Notes under the pieces: generated by a model
What the model was told of the DNA's origin: nothing
What the model saw: the letters and a program-made list of their open reading frames with translations, nothing else
Databases searched by the model: none
IMG/VR virus record: IMGVR_UViG_3300025168_000054
Location: 15,959 to 79,958 of that record
DNA from: a virus
Length of the DNA: 64,000 nucleotides
Strand: one strand, 5' to 3'
Shown: positions 47,413 to 55,429 of the stretch, in pieces
Layout of the letters: each line of letters opens with the position of its first letter
How positions within the stretch are numbered: the stretch's first letter is position 1
Program-made: the position numbers and the translations under genes

Positions 47413-48603
47413 TCAGGCGACGAAGTCGAGCGCGCCGTTGCGCAGGACCTTGACCGTCTCGCGGTCCTGCTGGCGCCAGTCGTTGATCTGACGCATCAGC
47501 AGAGCTGCTCCCTCCTCGGTCAACTGACGCGCCTCGAGACCCACGCCGCTCGCATGGGCGGCGTAGGTCATGGCGTCCACGATGGACGACGCTGAGCCCT
47601 GAGCCGACGTCGTCTCGTGAGTCAGCCCCTCGACGATGAAGGGCACGACCTCCTTGGCTGAAGGCAGCATCGAGCCGACCTTGCGCAACTCTGTCGCCAG
47701 TCCGTGCTTGGACTTGACGAACGCCTCGGCAGGTGTGGCGTACTCCTCCTTGCTCTCGACCTCCGACGTCGACCAGATGACCGGCACCTCCTTGAGGCTC
47801 TCGTGCATGGCGATGCCCATGCCTGACGCCTCGATCATCTGAGGCAGCACCTCCGACAGAGCCGGGCGCTTCTTGCTGCCGTTCTTGATGGTCTCCAGCA
47901 TGTTGCTGGTGTGCCGGTACGCGACCTGTCCGAAGGTCTCGTAGACGATGACCATGCCATTCGAGCAGAACGGATTGAAGTCAGCTGCTCTGAAGAACAG
48001 ACTACTCGCGCGGGCCAGGGAAGTGCTTACGTCAATCGCTGTCATGCGCTTGCCGTACTCGAAGGGCTCGGTCGAGACTCTGGCACGCATGAGCCGATCC
48101 GAGATGCTGAGGTCGACGACCATGGCGTCTTCGGTCACGTTACCGAGCAGCGACGCAAGCGCATCGCTGTACGACTGGTGCTGGTACGACGACGACACCA
48201 CGGAGTCGACGATGCGCTCGCTCTTCCCGCGACGGCGGGTCATCGTGGTGTTGACCACGACGTCGCGGTTTCGCTCCGCTCGGCTGCCGGCTTCGTTGAT
48301 CATGTCGGCCAGCTGATCGAACAGACCGAGTTTGAGGTGGTCAGCGATGGTGGTCGAGTGGATTCCGACGAATCCGGCGAGGTCGCGTGCCGCAGCCAAC
48401 GTCAGGGGTACGGGGTGTTTCGAGATGGGGGTCTTGAGGACGAAGACATCATCGGCTCCGACTTCCACAACATTCGCGGTGTTGATGGTGAGGGGCCGCC
48501 GGTCAGCGTCGCGCTCCAGCTTACGCAGGCGGTCGACGACATCACCCACGGGTGTGGGGTCGGTGTTGCGGTAGAGGGGGAGGGCAGGGACGAACATGGT
48601 CAT
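47413..48603 (-). CDS. DUF932-like protein
   Basis: SVVSSSY...FCSNGM...RHT motifs. Confidence 0.6.
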   Translation of the reverse strand: MTMFVPALPLYRNTDPTPVGDVVDRLRKLERDADRRPLTINTANVVEVGADDVFVLKTPISKHPVPLTLAAARDLAGFVGIHSTTIADHLKLGLFDQLADMINEAGSRAERNRDVVVNTTMTRRRGKSERIVDSVVSSSYQHQSYSDALASLLGNVTEDAMVVDLSISDRLMRARVSTEPFEYGKRMTAIDVSTSLARASSLFFRAADFNPFCSNGMVIVYETFGQVAYRHTSNMLETIKNGSKKRPALSEVLPQMIEASGMGIAMHESLKEVPVIWSTSEVESKEEYATPAEAFVKSKHGLATELRKVGSMLPSAKEVVPFIVEGLTHETTSAQGSASSIVDAMTYAAHASGVGLEARQLTEEGAALLMRQINDWRQQDRETVKVLRNGALDFVA

Positions 48604-48605
48604 GG

Positions 48606-48713
48606 TCAGCTCCGGTTGGTCTTGTTGCTGTGCTTGCGGATGATGACGTCCCGAAGAAACGGGTCGCTCAGGTTGTCGAGCCCGAAGGCTCGGCGGATGG
48701 CGGCGGTGTTCAT
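48606..48713 (-). CDS. 35-aa small ORF not in the ORF track
   Basis: GAGGAG RBS; MNTAAIRRAFGLDNLSDPFLRDVIIRKHSNKTNRS fills the intergenic gap exactly. Confidence 0.55.
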   Translation of the reverse strand: MNTAAIRRAFGLDNLSDPFLRDVIIRKHSNKTNRS

Positions 48714-48721
48714 GTTGCTCC

Positions 48722-49693
48722 TCACTTTGCCGCTGCTGCGGCGGTGTTGTTGTTGTTGAATCGCTGCCGGTCGAACGTCGACAGCAGCGCATGCTCGGGG
48801 TGCCAGTCGGTACCGAGCAGCACGGCGGGGTCGAAGCGCACGACGAACCCGGACTCGTCACGCTTGGCCTTGCCACCCTTGGCGGACAGCACGACCCACC
48901 CGCCGGCTGCGGGATCCATCCACCGCAGGTCGTCGCGGTCGCCATCGAAGGTCGGACGACCAGCGAACTCACCTCGACGGATGAGCTCGGCCGCTACCTT
49001 CTTGGCCACGGTCGTGGTCGAACCGAGCGGACCACCGACTACGATGGCGGTGTTGACGCCGCGCTCCGCCCACCGAAGCGAACGGCGCATCGACTTGGGG
49101 TCCTCGCTCAGCGAGAAGGTGGTGTGCCACCCTTCTCGAATGGCGGCGAGATGCGCCGGCGTCACGGGCCGCTTGGTGTAGTCGTAGAACTTCGGCCGCG
49201 CGTCACGCCACCAGGGCAGCTTCGACCAGAAGCGGTTGTCACTGGTGCCGTCTGCACGCACTGTGGCCTTGAAGTCGTCACGGATGGCACGTCCCTCCAG
49301 CATGAGGACCTCGCCGTAGAAGTCATGGGCGGCGCGCTCCTCGTCGAGGAACCACCGCAGCGTCCGCTTGCGTCGAGCGATGAGCGCACCACCCGACACG
49401 TTCTGACCAGTCTTGTTGATGCAGCCATCGCCGCAGCCCTCACTGGCGAACGGGCAGAGAGTGAATCCCTCGATCCCCGACTCATCTGCGGGAGACAGGT
49501 ACTGGATCCCAGTCAGGACCCCGCGCTTCTCGGACAGCTTCGCCTTGTAGATGTTGGTGCCGAGGAACGTGGCGTAGCCGCCACTCTTGGTCTGCCGAAG
49601 GTCGTCGTAGACCTCTCGGACAGACCGGAAAGGATTGATGCCCAGGCTGACAAGAGCAGCTCGTGCTCGGGCAAGTCGTCGTGCTTCGCTCAT
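48722..49693 (-). CDS. GP88-family protein (radical-SAM-like Cys cluster)
   Basis: LCPFASEGCGDGCINKTG, VRADGTSD, FYDYTK, TFSLSE, DGDRDDLRW.D, KG.KAK.D.SGFV. Confidence 0.8.
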   Translation of the reverse strand: MSEARRLARARAALVSLGINPFRSVREVYDDLRQTKSGGYATFLGTNIYKAKLSEKRGVLTGIQYLSPADESGIEGFTLCPFASEGCGDGCINKTGQNVSGGALIARRKRTLRWFLDEERAAHDFYGEVLMLEGRAIRDDFKATVRADGTSDNRFWSKLPWWRDARPKFYDYTKRPVTPAHLAAIREGWHTTFSLSEDPKSMRRSLRWAERGVNTAIVVGGPLGSTTTVAKKVAAELIRRGEFAGRPTFDGDRDDLRWMDPAAGGWVVLSAKGGKAKRDESGFVVRFDPAVLLGTDWHPEHALLSTFDRQRFNNNNTAAAAAK

Positions 49694-49740
49694 GTATTGC
49701 TCCGTGTTGTGGCACAGCGTATTGTGCTGTGCCTTAAGTG

Positions 49741-50202
49741 TCAAGGGTGGATGATCGTGCAGTTCTCCTCGGGGGCGAGGCTGATACGCTCGTCAAGGTC
49801 CTCCGAGAAGACGCGGAACGCGACGGCGCACGGCTTGGAGCTGTGCTGGATGAACTGGTCGAACAAGAAGCCAGGCTGCGTGTCTCGGTCTCCGAAACAG
49901 GCTCCCGCACCGAGCCACTGCACGAACTCTTCTTTGCTGTCCCACAACCCGACGCCGTGACCGACGAGGGAGCAGTGGGCAAGGAAGCACATGTAGTGCC
50001 AGTCGATGTCGTCGTGGCGGTCGAGGTACCGCTGCTCTCCCCACTCCTCGACCTGGAATGCGCGCCAGCACGACTCGATGAGGTACTCCATCGACTCCTT
50101 GATGACGTTGGTGACGGCCTGCTCGGTCTCGGTTCCGGGGTCCTTACCTTCGAAGAGGAACTCGATCCACTCGTGGGCGGCGTAGTCTCGTCCGACCCTC
50201 AT
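49741..50202 (-). CDS. Acidic hypothetical protein
   Basis: GHGVGLWD motif; ATGA overlap. Confidence 0.65.
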   Translation of the reverse strand: MRVGRDYAAHEWIEFLFEGKDPGTETEQAVTNVIKESMEYLIESCWRAFQVEEWGEQRYLDRHDDIDWHYMCFLAHCSLVGHGVGLWDSKEEFVQWLGAGACFGDRDTQPGFLFDQFIQHSSKPCAVAFRVFSEDLDERISLAPEENCTIIHP

Positions 50203-50576
50203 GCCTCACCTCGCGCGGCCATCGCCTCGCGGCAGACCTGGACCATCTTGTCGAAGGTCATCCGGGTCGACAGCCAGCGGTTGACCCCGCCGGTGTAGTC
50301 CTTCCGACCCTTGCAGGACCGGGCGTACCCGACCAACTCTCCGCCCGGCATCGGCGCGCCGAGGCAGAGGTACAGGCTCTCGCCGTGAAGGATGACTTCA
50401 CCTGGCACGGCGATGCCCCCCTTGCAGGTGCGGACCTTGAAGGTGCCGGGCTTGAGCCCCAGGTCTTTTGCGACCGACTTGCACGCAAGCTGTGCGGCGT
50501 TGAGCCAGCGCCGCTTGGCGGTGGCGTTGTCGGGTGCGGCAGCCATCAGGTCTGCCATGTGCTTGAGTCCTTCCAT
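50199..50576 (-). CDS. Conserved phage/MGE hypothetical protein
   Basis: KGGIAVPGEVILH...RSCKGRKDYTGGVN motif. Confidence 0.75.
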   Translation of the reverse strand: MEGLKHMADLMAAAPDNATAKRRWLNAAQLACKSVAKDLGLKPGTFKVRTCKGGIAVPGEVILHGESLYLCLGAPMPGGELVGYARSCKGRKDYTGGVNRWLSTRMTFDKMVQVCREAMAARGEA

Positions 50577-50693
50577 GTTCTCTCCAGAGTGAGCGCCGAC
50601 GCAGGGAACCTGCGCCCCAAGGACCGTCCTTGGCTCAGACAACGAGAGCCCGGCAGCTGAAGCCGCCAGGCTTTCACCCGTCGCACGAATCAC

Positions 50694-50939
50694 TCAGCCG
50701 CGCATCAGTCGAACCTCCCAGAGAGGTTCGCAGCAGGAGCAGCGATCCACTGGGAAGTACGAGACCCCTTCGACCCGCGCCTTGCGCAGCCTCCAGCGCT
50801 TGCCACGCTTGACCTTGAGGACGACGCGCTGGCCATCCTTCAACGTGCTCGACACCTCGTAGGAAAGGAACAGCGAGAACTCTCCCTTGTCCTTGAGAAT
50901 GTCGAACATCCCGACCCTGCGGTCAGCCTTGATGAACAT
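50694..50939 (-). CDS. Hypothetical protein
   Basis: Tiles in the early operon. Confidence 0.55.
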   Translation of the reverse strand: MFIKADRRVGMFDILKDKGEFSLFLSYEVSSTLKDGQRVVLKVKRGKRWRLRKARVEGVSYFPVDRCSCCEPLWEVRLMRG

Positions 50940-50942
50940 GGC

Positions 50943-51236
50943 TCAGCCGGGGCCGCGCGCCCATGGGGGCAGGCGGCGCTGGTACTGGCTGTAGTTCTGC
51001 ATGAGCGCCTCCGTCTCGCTCATGCGCTTCTCAGGCTTGGCGTAGTAGTTGCCCTCCTTGATCAGTTTGCCATCCTTGACCAAGTTCTCAAGCTCTCGCT
51101 CGGCGCCCAGCGGCGGGATGCTCATCTCCCGTGCCACGCCCCATGCGGTGGCGCTCTGGCCCCACTCGAGCGTGGAGACCCACGCTTTGACCAGTCCTCT
51201 CGTGGTCGATTCCGGGTTGGAATGTCTACTCATCAC
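50943..51236 (-). CDS. Putative winged-HTH protein
   Basis: ATAWGVAREMSI.....ERELENLVKDGKL. Confidence 0.55.
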   Translation of the reverse strand: MMSRHSNPESTTRGLVKAWVSTLEWGQSATAWGVAREMSIPPLGAERELENLVKDGKLIKEGNYYAKPEKRMSETEALMQNYSQYQRRLPPWARGPG

Positions 51237-51244
51237 TCACCTCC

Positions 51245-51670
51245 TCAGATAAAGCCGGGCACGCAGCGGCACCCGGAAGCAGTGAAGACCACGTGGCAGA
51301 CCAAGCACTGCTCGTGCTCGATCGCCGCGAAAGGTCGGTGGCGGAGAGGCTCCGCCTGCGCGGCGAAGAACGCCTTGCGTGCCGCGGCGTGTCGGTCCTT
51401 GCGGGCCAGGAGCTCCACGTTTTCGTGGTAGTACTCCCACTTGCCTTCGACTGGGCAAGGCCCCGAGAGGTCGCGGCAACGGTAGCCGACGACCTCCCAC
51501 TCCGAGAGGTCGGTGACCCCCTGCGCGGCGAGTCGCTTGCACGCGCCCTCGGCGTGAAGGTCGCCGCGAGTGGCGATCTCTGTGTCGAGGGCGTCCACGA
51601 CTCGAAGGTCGAGTCGTTCCAGTTCGCCCCTGGGGAGGATGCTGGTGATCACAAACGTGCGGAGACTCAT
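51245..51670 (-). CDS. Hypothetical protein, Cys-rich C-terminus
   Basis: RBS GGAGG; ATGA overlap. Confidence 0.65.
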   Translation of the reverse strand: MSLRTFVITSILPRGELERLDLRVVDALDTEIATRGDLHAEGACKRLAAQGVTDLSEWEVVGYRCRDLSGPCPVEGKWEYYHENVELLARKDRHAAARKAFFAAQAEPLRHRPFAAIEHEQCLVCHVVFTASGCRCVPGFI

Positions 51671-51930
51671 GTCTCACCTCCGTCGGTGAAGCGGCCATCC
51701 CACATGGGGGCAGCCGCCGCACACCGAGCGATGTCAGCCACCGCGACCACCTCCTTGACCTTGACGAGGAAGGTAGTCAGGGAGATTTCGTCCGTGTCTC
51801 CGCTCCCCATGTACAGCCGCTCCGCGAGGAGGAAGATGTCTCTCTTCACGGTACTCGCGATGTCCTGCTTCACGATGAGCCCGTACGACCCTTTCATCAG
51901 TTCCTTGACGCGCTTTTCTTCCCTACTCAT
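51667..51930 (-). CDS. Hypothetical protein
   Basis: RBS GGAG before MSREEK. Confidence 0.6.
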   Translation of the reverse strand: MSREEKRVKELMKGSYGLIVKQDIASTVKRDIFLLAERLYMGSGDTDEISLTTFLVKVKEVVAVADIARCAAAAPMWDGRFTDGGET

Positions 51931-51975
51931 GTCATGCTCCGTTTGTTGGGTGAATGGCATACACACTTGTCATGC

Positions 51976-52044
51976 CTGAGAACGTCCAGATCGTGGACGT
52001 TCTCAGCCACGCACGGCCCACTACCTTAGCAGTAGCGGGCCGTG
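51976..52044 (-). other. Two tandem 13-bp hairpins in an intergenic region
   Basis: CTGAGAACGTCCA/TGGACGTTCTCAG is perfect; CACGGCCCACTAC/GTAGCGGGCCGTG has one G-U on the minus strand. Confidence 0.7.
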
Positions 52045-52053
52045 GTGTGCCTC

Positions 52054-52206
52054 TCAGGTGAGGGCGAGGACCGTGACGGTCCCCATCATGGCGCCGATGA
52101 GCGCCAGCACCAGGGTGCCGACCAGTCCGGTCGGCTGCTCGTCCCGGCCCGCGCGGACCGGGATGCGAGGCTGCGTGGCCTCGATGGCGTAGTCTTCAGC
52201 GGTCAT
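52054..52206 (-). CDS. 50-aa small membrane protein not in the ORF track
   Basis: ATGA overlap; C-terminal LVGTLVLALIGAMMGTVTVLALT helix. Confidence 0.6.
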   Translation of the reverse strand: MTAEDYAIEATQPRIPVRAGRDEQPTGLVGTLVLALIGAMMGTVTVLALT

Positions 52207-52421
52207 GCCACACCTCCGACCCGTGCCGGGGGCTCGGTCTCGGTCTCGCCTGCGGCCTCCCAGATGAGGTCGAGGGGGCAGAGGACTCGGGGGTCCTCGG
52301 TGGTGACCCCGTCGCCGGGGACTTCGACGATTCGACCGAAGTCGAAGTCGAAGTCGAAGTCGCCGAGCGTGTCGGCGGCGATGGCCAGCGCAAGGCTGGC
52401 GTGGGTGGTCGTGAACGTCAT
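52203..52421 (-). CDS. Acidic small protein
   Basis: RBS AGGAG; DFDFDFDF repeat. Confidence 0.6.
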   Translation of the reverse strand: MTFTTTHASLALAIAADTLGDFDFDFDFGRIVEVPGDGVTTEDPRVLCPLDLIWEAAGETETEPPARVGGVA

Positions 52422-52457
52422 GGTGTTGCTCCTGGTGTGCCCCCGGAGGGGCGGGGG

Positions 52458-52697
52458 TCAGCGGGACAGTGCCCGCTTGAGGGTGGGTGCCTTCGGCTGG
52501 AAGGCGGACAGGAAGACTGCACCTGCAGCCTTCCTCATCTTGCGGAGAGCACGGGCCTTGCGGTCGTACTCCTCGACCAGGGCGACGAATGCGGTCATCG
52601 CATCGTCGTTCCCGTCGCCGGGATACTCGGCGTCCATGCGCCGCCTGAGGCTGCGCAACTCCCGCTGCGCAGCTTCGATCTTTCGTGGCTGTTTCAT
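52458..52697 (-). CDS. Hypothetical helical protein
   Basis: Tiles in the early operon. Confidence 0.6.
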   Translation of the reverse strand: MKQPRKIEAAQRELRSLRRRMDAEYPGDGNDDAMTAFVALVEEYDRKARALRKMRKAAGAVFLSAFQPKAPTLKRALSR

Positions 52698-52701
52698 GGC
52701 A

Positions 52702-53145
52702 TCAGCCGTACTTGCTGAGGGCGTGGTCGCTCCAGAACTGGGCCGCTTCGATGGCCTCGTGGGGCTTCATGCCCGAGTCCCACCACTCTCGGGGAGCGAC
52801 AGTGGACCCGATGCTCCCGTAGGCGGTGAACACCTTGGGGTCATCGCCGGCGACGCCGATGACCACCATGTGGTCTGCCGGTCGGCACGGGCGGTTGATG
52901 AGGCGGCTCGGGCCGGGGCGGTTGCCCCGCTTCACGTACTCCACCTCTTCCTCGGGGACGGACTCGTCACCACAGTACGGACCGTACAGAGCCGACTGGA
53001 GCGTGCCGGCCAGCTCCTCGAGCGGGACGGCATCGACGAAGAATCCCTCCCGCACGCTCATCAGGATGTCGATGAGCTTGTGGTGTCTCTCGTCCAGCCC
53101 GTGGTCAGCGTGGAAGATTGGCGTGCCCTTGGGGGTAGCGGTCAT
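52702..53145 (-). CDS. Conserved phage hypothetical protein
   Basis: LYGP..GD...RGNR.G.SRL...TAYG...APRE.WD...FW..HAL motif. Confidence 0.75.
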   Translation of the reverse strand: MTATPKGTPIFHADHGLDERHHKLIDILMSVREGFFVDAVPLEELAGTLQSALYGPYCGDESVPEEEVEYVKRGNRPGPSRLINRPCRPADHMVVIGVAGDDPKVFTAYGSIGSTVAPREWWDSGMKPHEAIEAAQFWSDHALSKYG

Positions 53146-53295
53146 GGTTCTCTCCGATGCAGGCTGAGTGAACGCACGACGAGCAGACCTGCGGACATGC
53201 AGGAGCCTGCTGCGCTCGCCGTGCGGGATGGTTGCTCAAGCGCATGAGGCTGCTCGACCCTGTCGGGGAGCGGCGTCACACCTTGGCGCGATTGC

Positions 53296-53429
53296 TGGGA
53301 GCGGAGGGCATCGAACCCTCTACCGTCAAGGTCTCGTGTCGAGGTGATCAGCCTCTCCACGGCAGCGTCCTCAGGTGATCAGCCCGTGAACATCTGCGCG
53401 ACCAACGGCCCTTACCAACCGGCGCTCCC
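53296..53429 (-). ncRNA. tRNA-like RNA with a long hairpin replacing the anticodon arm
   Basis: Acceptor stem GGGAGCG/CGCTCCC + A; T-arm GAGGG-TTCGATG-CCCTC; GG-containing D-like loop; 134 nt. Confidence 0.7.
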
Positions 53430-53537
53430 TCAGGATGAACCTGAGGCCCAATCAAGGCTCTCCTCTTGCGAGGTTGTAGGCGTGGAATCAGACGCCTCGT
53501 TACTTGTATACCGCTGCCTTGACTCAGCGGTGAGTGG

Positions 53538-53762
53538 TCACGGGATGAGGTAGGAAACCTCAACCTCGTACAACCCGCTCCACTCTCCGAACGGGTCGAT
53601 CACTGCATCGCAGTGCTCGACCTCCGCCAGGAACACCTGGCCCTCATGGGTCACCGCGACGCGGAGACCCACTTCGATTGCTTTTCCGACGATGAAGATT
53701 GCGTCTTCATCGTCGGAGAAGTTCGCCTTACTCAAGGCGAACTGTCGCAGGGCGGGGGTCAT
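53538..53762 (-). CDS. Hypothetical protein
   Basis: RBS GGAGAGAGAC-ATG. Confidence 0.6.
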   Translation of the reverse strand: MTPALRQFALSKANFSDDEDAIFIVGKAIEVGLRVAVTHEGQVFLAEVEHCDAVIDPFGEWSGLYEVEVSYLIP

Positions 53763-53775
53763 GTCTCTCTCCAAT

Positions 53776-53822
53776 GCCGGAAGGAAGGAACCCACACACA
53801 TCTCCGGCGGGGTGCATGTGGG
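53776..53822 (-). promoter_or_regulatory. 5'-UTR H-type pseudoknot motif, copy 1
   Basis: S1 CCCACAUGCA/UGUGUGUGGG, S2 GCCGGAG/UUCCGGC, 3 nt before GGAG. Confidence 0.6.
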
Positions 53823-53868
53823 CGTAGGTTGTGCAGGTTGGTGATCCGGTCCTGCGCCGGGGTGGGGG

Positions 53869-54183
53869 TCAGCAGGAGCGGCGCAGGCCGCGGCATCCCA
53901 CCGGACGACCGCTCTCGTCGCGGACGAGGTCGCCTGGGGAGAGAACGTCGTCTCGGGGAGCCGCGCTGGCGACCATCCCCGAGACGACGAAAACGGTGCC
54001 CTCGACGGGGGCGGGGAGGCCGGTGACCTCCCCGCAGGCGGTGGTCACGGTCGGGATGCCACCCACAGGGGCGGCCTCCTCGCTGACGGTCGCCACTCGG
54101 GCGACCTCTCCCGAGGGCGGGATGGTGACCACACCGCCGGGGGCGTGGATGTTGAGGGCGTGAGGAGTGAGGTTGATGAACAT
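53869..54183 (-). CDS. Conserved phage protein (NLTPH family)
   Basis: INLTPH...IPPSG.VARV...VVS..V...R.D.LSP...VRD..GR.VGC. Confidence 0.8.
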   Translation of the reverse strand: MFINLTPHALNIHAPGGVVTIPPSGEVARVATVSEEAAPVGGIPTVTTACGEVTGLPAPVEGTVFVVSGMVASAAPRDDVLSPGDLVRDESGRPVGCRGLRRSC

Positions 54184-54197
54184 GGTGAAGCTCCAAG

Positions 54198-54246
54198 GCC
54201 GGAGAGGAAGGAATGAACCGCAGACGCCTCCGGCGTACGTCTGCGG
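54198..54246 (-). promoter_or_regulatory. 5'-UTR H-type pseudoknot motif, copy 2
   Basis: S1 CCGCAGACG/CGUCUGCGG, S2 GCCGGAG/CUCCGGC, 3 nt before GGAG. Confidence 0.6.
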
Positions 54247-54299
54247 ACAGTAAGGCACACCGACATGTCATGCCGGTGTGAGGTATGCCGGAAAGTGTG

Positions 54300-54880
54300 T
54301 GACACTTCCGGCGGGGGGATGAACCTCCGGTGACGTGCTGTGCTCCTTATGTCACAGCCACGTCTTTGCTCCGAAGGCTCGAAATAAAACTGTCACAGAG
54401 GGTCACACGGAATAGGCCAGGAAGAACCTGGACTATCGTTTCGGGCAAACATTGTCCGATTACACGAGACGTAAGGAAGAACCTCACCTCTCGCGGGCGG
54501 TGACACAACTGAGACATTCGAGACAGTACCTGCCCATAGAGAGAGGTACTTAGGGGGGGTATGGAGGCTCCTCCCCCCTTGGAAGGGGGTAAACCTCACA
54601 CGCCACGAGACCCTCTAATAATCAGTATACATTAGATCATATTGTAATCTATCAGGTTGAACCTTGATAAAAACGAATGACCCTCTGTGACGGAAACCGT
54701 TGTCCGTCTGCGCTGACGTCGAGAACCCGCATGGGCAGGGCCTCGGCGTCTGCGGAGACGTGCGGCAGAAGTGCTGATCTGCTGATTGTAGATTCAACAC
54801 TCCTCCCGCTACGATTTGTAGCAATCACCCGCACAGTTCGTCGTCGTCCTCCCACGGCTTGGGAGCGGGAGGAAACTTGA
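54300..54880. other. Non-coding, lower-GC region; candidate replication origin or early promoter region
   Basis: No credible ORF; AT-rich core near 54615-54680; recurrent GTCAC/GTGAC; inverted repeats. Confidence 0.45.
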
Positions 54881-54892
54881 GGTTGTCCCATG

Positions 54893-55300
54893 TCATCGGG
54901 CACCCCCGACGACGAGCCCGGACAGGTCCGCCGCTCGCCGATTACCGGCGGCGTGGTTGGCCGCCGCGCCGGTCAGGACCGACGTGGTCTGGCCACACCA
55001 GCCCGCCGGGCCGCGGCCGTTGACGCCGCCACCGCGGCCCTTCTTGCGGGACCAGAGGCGGGAGCGTCCGCCCTCCCGCTTCTTCTTGCGGTCGCCTCCG
55101 GCCCACTGGTAGCCGTGGCCGGTGCCGATCACGGACGGTCCACCGGCGCGGGTCTCGTCGCTGGTGTCGTTGCGGGTGTCCACGAGCGTGGACCCCCGGC
55201 GGGTGTCGCGGAGGACCTTGCGGTCCTCGCGGGTGGTGTAGCCCTTGCGCGGAATCCGCGCGGAGCGCACCTCGGGCATGATGAAGTCGGGACGGCCCAT
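54893..55300 (-). CDS. Arg/Gly/Lys-rich basic protein
   Basis: RBS GGAGG; very high GC3. Confidence 0.65.
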   Translation of the reverse strand: MGRPDFIMPEVRSARIPRKGYTTREDRKVLRDTRRGSTLVDTRNDTSDETRAGGPSVIGTGHGYQWAGGDRKKKREGGRSRLWSRKKGRGGGVNGRGPAGWCGQTTSVLTGAAANHAAGNRRAADLSGLVVGGAR

Positions 55301-55429
55301 GGCGGTCCTCCGGCGTTGTAGGTGGGTCACACTCAGTCACGCCCGTGCATCGGACGCGTCCACCGCGCACCACGTGGAGGTGGTGACCATTGCGCGGCAT
55401 GGGAGCCCCGTGCGGGGCCCCCGTCGGTC

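Noticed and set aside
52337-52360. (CGAAGT)x4 microsatellite as a phase-variation switch
   Set aside because: The 6-bp unit keeps the frame and simply encodes DFDFDFDF
53296-53429. Canonical tRNA or tmRNA
   Set aside because: No U8, no definable 7-nt anticodon loop, no encoded CCA, no G3-U70 pair, and no room for a tag reading frame
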